Under the pieces are notes generated by a model, which saw only the letters and a program-made list of their open reading frames with translations, searched no databases and had not been told where the DNA came from. A program made the position numbers and the translations under genes. A stretch of 63,197 nucleotides of DNA, counting the filler, from Trichomonas gallinae (lineage: Eukaryota): NCBI GenBank assembly GCA_008369845.1. It is 10 parts of 10 records of this genome, joined end to end, with 100 filler letters (N's around TTAATTAATTAA, not from the genome) between each part and the next. Parts side by side here need not be neighbours in the genome. Positions count along the whole stretch, not along the records: positions 54,222 to 56,302 come from MRSU01000155.1; positions 56,403 to 58,116 come from MRSU01000156.1; positions 58,217 to 60,869 come from MRSU01000162.1; positions 60,970 to 63,197 come from MRSU01000168.1; 6 more parts are not named here. One strand, given 5' to 3'. Numbering within the stretch: the stretch's first letter is position 1; each line of letters opens with the position of its first letter. This document shows positions 55,486-63,197 of this stretch, piece after piece.

Positions 55486-55956
55486 TTATTTCATATTTCT
55501 ATAATAATCAACCAAAATTTGGGGATTGAGAGTAAGAACATCTGAATATTTCATTGGAACCTCTTTATCATCATCTAAATACAGCACAAAAATTGTATCT
55601 GTTTCATAATCGATTTTTGTAACTTTAAATGGCGTTAATGTGTTATTTATGGATGAGGATGCTGACTTATATGATGGAAGGATACTTTTAGAATGCAAAG
55701 GATATATTTTCTTTTTACGCTCTTTTTGTTCTGTTTCTTGTGGCTTATCTACATTTTCATCACATTGTGTATCTGCATTTTTTATTATATAGTTTGTATT
55801 GTTCGCAGTTGCAAATTCAATAATTAAATCTTGGTTAACATCCCATTCATTTTTCCACTGAGTATCTATAGTCGATGTAAGTGTGGCAACTTTATATAAT
55901 TCGCCGTAATCAGCAGAAGTATATTGTTTCAGGACAACTTCCAGAGGAGCACTCAT
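55486..55956 (-). CDS. Divergent HP1-like protein (degenerate chromodomain, basic hinge, chromo-shadow-like domain)
   Basis: N-terminal LEVVLKQ...LYKV...TQWKNEWDVNQDLIIEF; hinge KERKKK; C-terminal IFVLYLDDDKEVPMKYSDVLTLNPQILVDYY. Confidence 0.6.
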   Translation of the reverse strand: MSAPLEVVLKQYTSADYGELYKVATLTSTIDTQWKNEWDVNQDLIIEFATANNTNYIIKNADTQCDENVDKPQETEQKERKKKIYPLHSKSILPSYKSASSSINNTLTPFKVTKIDYETDTIFVLYLDDDKEVPMKYSDVLTLNPQILVDYYRNMK

Positions 55957-55957
55957 C

Positions 55958-56190
55958 AAAATAGGGTCTATAATAGTAAAACTGGGGATTATATTGAAAT
56001 TTCACTAAGACAGGGTCTGCAATAATAAAACAAGGGATTCAATATTGAAAGTTTTGCTAAAACAGGGTCCATAATATTAAAACAGGGGTTTTATTGAAAA
56101 TATACTAAATCAGGGTCTGTTAATTTAAAATAGGGGAGATCAAAATCATTGCCCATAAAACTAGGGTCCGATAAAATAAAACAGGGGTAA
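55958..56190. repeat. Degenerate tandem array, 5 units of ~50 bp
   Basis: AGGGTC at 55963, 56012, 56064, 56112 and 56163, each followed by a TAAAA(C/T)..GGG box. Confidence 0.88.
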
Positions 56191-56302
56191 TTCTAATTTA
56201 ATTTTGGAAAATTTTAATGAAAAAGTAGTATATGAAGTGCGATATTTAGGTTTACTTAAAATTCTTCAGTGTAGGGCTCGTTTCTCCGTTCCTCTCCCTC
56301 CA

Positions 56303-56402
56303 NNNNNNNNNNNNNNNNNNNNNNNNNNNNNNNNNNNNNNNNNNNNTTAATTAATTAANNNNNNNNNNNNNNNNNNNNNNNNNNNNNNNNNNNNNNNNNN
56401 NN
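56303..56402. other. Artificial contig linker
   Basis: 44 N + TTAATTAATTAA + 44 N. Confidence 0.97.
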
Positions 56403-56503
56403 AGCCACTTGCCCTTGTAGTCGCAGAGGGAAACCTCCTTGAAGTCCTGATCTGGGAAGACTGCTGTAGCCTTGAAGCATGGTGCCTTGTTTCCAACAAG
56501 CAT
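56403..56503 (-). CDS. 2-Cys peroxiredoxin (thioredoxin peroxidase), 5' fragment truncated at contig edge
   Basis: Manual translation gives [33 protein letters not shown]; Inr TCACTT at 56510-56515; absent from the ORF track. Confidence 0.9.
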
Positions 56504-58042
56504 CAGATAAAGTGATGTGACTTTTTACAAAAACTGCTCATATTGAATAAACATTATATTTTGAGAGCCTCTCAATTTTTATTTTACGATAATTAGCCTT
56601 TTATAATCCTTGTCTTCATATTTGTTTCAATATCGGGATCACTTCTTTTGTGAGTATTTTATTTATTCTGAAAATCACTTCATTTTGGTATTTAAATAGC
56701 CTATTGACACATATATCAAACATATATTTGATTATTTTTGAAAAATAAAATAGTTGGTCTCGCCACTTTTTTATATTATTTTGCTATATTTTTATTACAA
56801 TCTATTTATATAATATAAATGAAGTGAACAATCAACAAAATTGAGGAAAAAAATTTTGTCACTTCAACATCACCCGAATTATGCATAAATGACTCTTGCC
56901 AATACTGAACAAACAGAGGAATGGTGTCCTGAATGAATGTTGTTCAAGAAAAAGTCGACCAATTTCATTTTTGTAGCATTTTTGATGATTTTCTTACTAT
57001 GAGTTAAAGTAAACAGTAGGAATAATTGTAATATTTCGTTTTCTTTATCTCTTATAATGCATAGGTCTCAATAAAACAACTTATTTTTCTCTATTTGAGT
57101 GATCACAAATAATTTTGTCGTTGAATCCTGCCATAATTTATTATTTCGTTAATAACTAGCTAGAGCCAAATAATCACATCGTCAAATTTTCTTCAACACC
57201 AATTGTTTCAATAATCCTTCCTTTTACCGTTATTTTCAACTAATTTCTTATTAAATCAATGATTACATACCTCAATTTATGATATTTTGAATGTCTCGCT
57301 TTAACTTTTTGAGAATATTATTGAAGGTTTTATATACTCGAAAACTAGACATTTTGACTATAATCAAATAGTTTATTAGTTCGTTCTCAATATAAATCTC
57401 TAATCAAACAAACGAATTATGACTTTTTAATTTTAGGAAATTTTGTTCTTTACGAGTTGAGCATTTAACTTTGCAGGATATATTTGTTTTGCGAAATTAT
57501 GTTTATTTGTCACATGTTCTATAGTTTTTATCGTTGATATTTATCGTGAAAAAAATCTGAACGGTATTCTTCGTTGTGATAATTTGAGGAACTATTTTCC
57601 AGCACATGAATATGTTGAAATAAACATTTCGAAACAAAATTTTGTTGTTTGGAATCCATTCAGATTAACTTTTGTTTCTAAAGGATTTTATAATGAGTTG
57701 TGAGTGAAACTAAGTTATATTTTGATGTTTAATGAATATGCATATTCATTAGATAGCACTTTACGCATACACATCATCATGATTCTTCGAAAAAAAATTT
57801 GATGGTAATAAATACTGAATTCAATGTGATAGTATCATATACAATACGAAATAGAAATATTTACACAGGTAATACACATTTCACAATGTATAGCATCAGC
57901 TGAAATAAATTATCTCATGGTAAAGTTATCAAATGTATCATATTTTGTAGCTAGAAAATAACCACTATTATGATGATAAATGTGTTTGACCTATAAAATA
58001 TGTTATAATTCCTAGAAAATCTGGAAATGCAATTTGATTTAA

Positions 58043-58116
58043 GGGTCCGCTCCGGCCAAATAGCGGTCTATCGTCGTGTTTTTATTTTTCATGATTTTAA
58101 CCTATTTTGGTTCAAC
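58043..58116 (+). mobile_element. Second terminus of the TTAA/Kolobok-like element family, running into contig end
   Basis: TTAA (58039-58042) + GGGTCCGCTCCGGCCAAATAGCGGTCTATCGTC, identical to the rc of the right end of 2172-2427. Confidence 0.8.
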
Positions 58117-58216
58117 NNNNNNNNNNNNNNNNNNNNNNNNNNNNNNNNNNNNNNNNNNNNTTAATTAATTAANNNNNNNNNNNNNNNNNNNNNNNNNNNN
58201 NNNNNNNNNNNNNNNN
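58117..58216. other. Artificial contig linker
   Basis: 44 N + TTAATTAATTAA + 44 N. Confidence 0.97.
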
Positions 58217-58285
58217 GATATCGTTCAGCGGTTAGGATATGTGGTTTTCATCCACAGGATCGGGGTTCGACTCCCCGTATCGGAA
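58217..58285 (+). tRNA. tRNA-Glu (TTC), first ~3 nt lost at contig edge
   Basis: Anticodon arm TGTGG-TTTTCAT-CCACA, T arm CGGGG-TTCGACT-CCCCG, acceptor 3' TATCGGA-A, oligo-T terminator at 58289-58295. Confidence 0.93.
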
Positions 58286-58545
58286 AACTTTTTTTCCCTT
58301 TTTAAAGTTTTTGTAAACATATGGGTGTAGCATATTTAAAACTCAGATTTCTCTGTGATAATCTTTTTATTGCATACGGGGAAGTTATTTTGAAAATATA
58401 AATATATTTATGGGAATTTCTTCCTGCTTCTTTTCAAGAGAAATTCTTATTTGCTCACAGGTTTCCACATATATAAGAAATACATGAAAAGCAAATTCAA
58501 ACATTTAAATACAAAAACACCGCTGATCCAAATAGATAGTAAAAA

Positions 58546-60348
58546 TCAGCGAGTAACAAAAGCAAATATTTTTTGATTGATATAAAATTCGTTTTTGAAG
58601 CCAGGAATAAGCGATTTCAGATAATGAACATCTATTTCCGATATAACTCCTGTATCAACAACCTTCGTGTAGCCTTTCTTTATCAACGCGCTTTGTAATG
58701 TCGTAATCAGCTGGAACGCAAGTCTTTGAGCATCATCGTAATTTATCCTCCACGCGTCAGAAAACTGCTTGAGAAGGTTATCCTTGATCTTGAGAGACGG
58801 ATACTTCACTTGATTAGGAACCATCAATATTAGGTTAGAAATCAAGGCAGCATCAGCTTCGTGGTTCGCCATGTCTCCGTCAGGGATGTGTATGAGCCTC
58901 CTGTCTTCCGCTTCGTGGATATCTAGTGTAAATATTGTCCCGTCTGTAGTAGGAATTGTCATGAAGTCGCGGTCGAGTCTTAAAAGCAAATCTGTTCCTT
59001 TTTCGTTAATTTTGTATCTGTAGCCTATGGCAGTGTCTGTCTGCAAGCCTGTATAAACAAGCACACTGCCAACTGTTCCCCCAACAAAACGCGGGAAGGA
59101 GAAGACTGTGAAGCGCGGAAGGATGATATGTCCATTATCAACTTTTTCAAAAGCGGGATTATCTGTTTTTTCGAACGGAAACACGATAAACGGCGGAACT
59201 CTTATCTGTCTGGTTTGAATAAACTCGACCGCGCTGATTAATTGTTGTTTGATATATTTTGATCGAGAAGACATTAAATCATCAACTGAGAAGTTATCTA
59301 TAAGCTTGATAAACGTTGGTAGATGAAGAAGCTTGGCATTAACAAGGCAAGCAACGAAGAATTGGAATAATTCATCTGCACCGACACTCATTCCTTCTTT
59401 TATCATGGCTGCTTTCAGCCAGTCAATGGCCTGGGAGATAATAAAGAACGATGATGTCGTTGAAAAAGCAACAGGAATCTTTCTTAGCAAAATCCAAACA
59501 TGAGTTAATTTGTTTAATGGCATTTCGAGGCCAGTATCATCGAAACATAATGAAAGAGACATAGGTGGTTCGTATTGAATTGGATTTTTGCTCTCTTTCG
59601 TTTCAGGAAAGTCATATTCAAATAATTTTGATTTTTCTGGATCAATTCCTAGGCTTGCAATGCCTCCTGATATGATTAATTTGCAATTTTGTAAGAATTG
59701 AACATCTGTTACTAAATAATTCTTGAAAACTGTTCTTTTGTCGGATAATTTATTTTCACCAACGAAATAATCGAGAAGCATTTCTGCAACAACGATCTTA
59801 GACAATGGATTCAGTTGTACTGGCTTCATCAAATTGAAAATATTCTTAATTGTCTTTGTAAAATTCGATGGAGTAAATTCAATAACGATTTTTGCCAAAT
59901 TTGTAAAAAAGGTTTGATCTTGCATCAAAGGAAGGATGATATCAAATGGAAAGAACCTCGAAACTGATTCAATTGCTTCATCTGAATTTTGAACATTGTT
60001 AGGAAGAGGAACTCCTGACACTGCTGCTAATGCTTCCTGGTGTTCCTTTACAACTTCGATGAAAAATTGCGTGTCTAGAGATTTAATTGCGTAGATATGA
60101 ATATTAATTGCTTGTTTGAATGGGCAAACTGGCTTCGCTGTCTGTTTCAAAACATTCAAGTACTCCTTTAGTTTCAAATACAGCTGTTCTTGTGCTCGAT
60201 GCTGCATGACCATTATATCAATTTGATTAATATCAGCATCTGGTAGCTTTGTTAGCACAGAAGTAAGCTGTGTGTCAATGACGAAGTTGCATTCAAGGTA
60301 AGAAATGAGTCTTGAGGCAGCCTGTATAAAAAATTCTAAAGCATTCAT
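58546..60348 (-). CDS. VPS9 domain protein (Rab5-family GEF-like)
   Basis: MSVGADELFQFFVACLVNAKL...LISAVEFI VPS9 core; Inr TCACTT at 60358-60363 before ATG 60348. Confidence 0.75.
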   Translation of the reverse strand: MNALEFFIQAASRLISYLECNFVIDTQLTSVLTKLPDADINQIDIMVMQHRAQEQLYLKLKEYLNVLKQTAKPVCPFKQAINIHIYAIKSLDTQFFIEVVKEHQEALAAVSGVPLPNNVQNSDEAIESVSRFFPFDIILPLMQDQTFFTNLAKIVIEFTPSNFTKTIKNIFNLMKPVQLNPLSKIVVAEMLLDYFVGENKLSDKRTVFKNYLVTDVQFLQNCKLIISGGIASLGIDPEKSKLFEYDFPETKESKNPIQYEPPMSLSLCFDDTGLEMPLNKLTHVWILLRKIPVAFSTTSSFFIISQAIDWLKAAMIKEGMSVGADELFQFFVACLVNAKLLHLPTFIKLIDNFSVDDLMSSRSKYIKQQLISAVEFIQTRQIRVPPFIVFPFEKTDNPAFEKVDNGHIILPRFTVFSFPRFVGGTVGSVLVYTGLQTDTAIGYRYKINEKGTDLLLRLDRDFMTIPTTDGTIFTLDIHEAEDRRLIHIPDGDMANHEADAALISNLILMVPNQVKYPSLKIKDNLLKQFSDAWRINYDDAQRLAFQLITTLQSALIKKGYTKVVDTGVISEIDVHYLKSLIPGFKNEFYINQKIFAFVTR

Positions 60349-60869
60349 TTTTTTGAAAAGTGACAATAAAATTTTTCATCAAAAATCAAAATAACAATGA
60401 AAACAGCTTCTTTATGATCATATAAATCGAAATCCTAAAGGAAAATGAAAAAAGCGGACAGAAAATCGACCAGGATAATTTTTGATGATTACTAGCATAT
60501 ATGAATAGAGATGAACTAACCTTGTACGTACACATGATAGTATACTACATGATCTAACAATATGATAGAAATCATACCTAATTTATTCCATCTTGATGAT
60601 GCAAATTCAAAATTAAAATTTATTACATAATTACTTGCTAGAATCAAAGTCATATTGTATTTTACAATCTATACATGTGTTAGCAAAACAATTCATCATT
60701 TTGGTCATTTACTTCTAAATTTAAGGCTCGACCGACATAGTTAGTGAGGGGGTGACACCAAAATGGATTTTTCATTCATGGGTAGGGGATCATGCATGCT
60801 GTTACGTGTGTTTTGACCAAAAATGCATAAGCATGCATTTTACTCCAATTGGACATTGTTAACATACTA

Positions 60870-60969
60870 NNNNNNNNNNNNNNNNNNNNNNNNNNNNNNN
60901 NNNNNNNNNNNNNTTAATTAATTAANNNNNNNNNNNNNNNNNNNNNNNNNNNNNNNNNNNNNNNNNNNN
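60870..60969. other. Artificial contig linker
   Basis: 44 N + TTAATTAATTAA + 44 N. Confidence 0.97.
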
Positions 60970-61987
60970 CCTATATTTGAGGGCTTTTTAATCGTTTTTT
61001 CTCTCAATTCCTCTCAATAGGGGCCACCTTCGGTCAACCAGTTTAGAATCTCGTTGTATATAAAACTCAATATGAGTCTGCTTGATGAGAATTATAGGTT
61101 TTGCATGAATTTTAAAAGAGCAAAACATTCGTGCTGTAATTTTCTTCTTTTCAATCCAGATAAATTTTGCTTTTCAACTTGTAGCATTTGTTGCATATAA
61201 ATGGTGATTCTTTGCGCGAGGCTAAGTAATTGTATGAGTATTGTTGTGAGAAAAAAAAAAGACTCAAAATGATGAATTTCGATGCTTGCTAGAAGGAATC
61301 TGTACTGAACAGCATTTTTTGTGGATAAAATTAGAGATTGAGTCTAATGAGAAGATAAGGAGATGAAGATGTTTGAAGTCTTTGATAAGAATACACATGT
61401 AATAGGAAATACATATGATTATCATACTCATGCATTTGGAAATACAAATTGAACGTTAGATATTAGAATATATGTATTCATACAACTAATAGAATGCGAA
61501 GATTGATTCCAAAATTGCTACTATCGATTAATATTGTTGATGATAAAATATTATCAACAGATTAATTTTCATCTATTAATAATTGCAGGTAAAAGAGTCG
61601 ATATTCATATTAATTTTGGAAAAAGCAGTACAATTCTGAAATCTAACACAGATCATCGAAATTTTACAATATTTAGATTGTCTTCAATATTTGAATGATA
61701 AAAATAGCAAAAAATCGGACACATAGATTGAATATTTTATTTCATGAATCCGCACGTGGGAATCAGCTATGCGAAGAATAAGGATGAATGTTTTAAACCC
61801 AGATCAGCTTATTTTTAAGGTTTTGGGTTTTGAAAAAATATTATTCATGAAATATTTTAACATCATCCTGTATTTAAAAGAAGCATGATATTGCCAGCGA
61901 AAATAACGCATCCAAATTGCTCAGTTCATCATATTCAATTTTACATCGTTAAAAGTTTAATTTGAGGGATCACATATAATATATTAA

Positions 61988-62653
61988 ATGGAAGAAATAT
62001 CAGCAAAAATGACCAAGGTAGAGTTCGTCGCTGAGGACAATTCATTGTACGCAAAGCCGGACTGGTGGGACCAGGAATACAAAAAGTGCGATCCCAAGCA
62101 GGAGTATGAATGGTTCACTGGACCAAAGGATAATAATTTCTTGAACTGCATTCTCGGATATTTAAAGGATCCAAATATGAAGATATTGAACGTTGGATGC
62201 GGTATCTCACATATTCAGGATGTTATTTATGATAAGGGCTTCCACAACATCACAAATATCGATATCTCTCCAACTTGCATTAAGAACATGAAGGATAACG
62301 ATACAAGAGGTATGAAGTGGGAGGTTGCAGATATATTACAGCCATTCCCGTTCGAGGCTGAGTCGTTCGATCTAGTTATAGACAAGGCAACGCTTGATGC
62401 TATAATATTAAGTGATGCAGACAAATGGGAGATTGAGGACTCCGTTTATGAAGTTCCAAGGAAATACTTCCAGAATGTTGAGAAAATATTAAAACCAGGT
62501 GGCACATTCATCCAAATTACTTTCGGTATGCCACATTTCAGAAAGCGTTTATTCCAGAATGCTGGCGTTAACTGGACAGTGTCTGCACACGAGATCCAGC
62601 CAGACCATTCATTCGAATTCTACTGCTATGAATGTGTTAAATCCCAAACGTAA
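61988..62653 (+). CDS. Class I SAM-dependent methyltransferase (EEF1AKMT4/METTL13 N-terminal-like)
   Basis: WWDQEY...YEWF, ILNVGCG, NIDIS, FDLVIDKATLDAI and LKPGGTFIQITFG. Confidence 0.9.
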   Translation: MEEISAKMTKVEFVAEDNSLYAKPDWWDQEYKKCDPKQEYEWFTGPKDNNFLNCILGYLKDPNMKILNVGCGISHIQDVIYDKGFHNITNIDISPTCIKNMKDNDTRGMKWEVADILQPFPFEAESFDLVIDKATLDAIILSDADKWEIEDSVYEVPRKYFQNVEKILKPGGTFIQITFGMPHFRKRLFQNAGVNWTVSAHEIQPDHSFEFYCYECVKSQT

Positions 62654-63129
62654 ACAAATGCTCCACTGAACAACATGTGCATCTAAGAATACGTCATATA
62701 TTGCTATTAGAAATATTTGCTGGAAAATTTATGAAACAGATACACACAACAAGCTTGTTATATAGACTTTTCATGTTAAATATTTTTATTGACTATCTAA
62801 AAAATATTTGGATTGAATAATTTTTTTCACATCTCGACATACGCAAAGGTAAAATCAATAATTAGATACTGGGTATCATTAGATGAATTAATGCATCGAG
62901 AATATCACGAATTTTCCGTTGAATAAGTAGTGATTCGAGGAAGAAATATGATTCAGCGAATAAAAAGTTTACAAAATAATCGTCCCAAAGGAAATAAGCA
63001 TGTTAAAATTATTTTAATGGGAATTTTAGAATTAGTAAGTAAAGATAAAGTTAGATCAATCCTAAAAATGAGATTTAATCAGGAATAAAATTGAAAAGTT
63101 TACAATAGAATTGAGAGAAAATGAAAAAT

Positions 63130-63197
63130 AGCCAGTGGCGGGACTCGAACCCGCAACCCCAAGATTAAGAGTCTTATGCTCTATCCGGTTGAGCTAC
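63130..63197 (-). tRNA. tRNA-Lys (CTT), 5' end outside the window
   Basis: Minus strand GTAGCTCAACCGGATAGAGCA-TAAGA-CTCTTAA-TCTTG-GGGTT-GCGGG-TTCGAGT-CCCGC-CACTGGC-T followed by TTTTT. Confidence 0.93.

Noticed and set aside
55958..56190. CRISPR or telomeric repeat
   Set aside because: Degenerate ~50-bp units, not a short perfect telomeric unit and no repeat-spacer structure
54222..56302. Maverick/Polinton fragment
   Set aside because: No integrase, polB, ATPase or capsid motifs visible in either ORF

Overview
AT-rich, apparently intron-less eukaryotic DNA. Gene content, codon usage and core-promoter motifs (Inr TCAYTT, CCTTT, AAAGTGAC) point to a trichomonad (Trichomonas-like parabasalid). 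The window is not contiguous: ten contigs are joined by nine artificial 100-nt linkers (44 N + TTAATTAATTAA + 44 N), so adjacency across linkers means nothing. It holds about 30 protein genes. Recognisable ones include RpiB, a Sir2 deacetylase, a DEAD-box helicase, CK2-beta, a HAD hydrolase, UBX, UBL/UBA, VPS9, Sec24-like, ODA-DC2-like, spastizin-like, IFRD-like, IBD-family and methyltransferase genes, plus truncated RPL27 and peroxiredoxin. There are also several ankyrin/BspA/Pmp-like pseudogenes, two partial tRNAs (Glu-TTC, Lys-CTT) and a TTAA-flanked Kolobok-like MITE with other DNA-transposon-like termini at contig ends. The most intriguing signals are (i) a locus at 19.5-21.1 kb with a 6x ~30-bp upstream array, an orphan regulator-like gene and a ~500-nt hairpin-dense downstream region, (ii) a recurrent gene-proximal motif TGACAYGTAAA, and (iii) a divergent HP1-like gene behind a 5x ~50-bp array. 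All protein family calls are by-eye motif recognition, not database hits.
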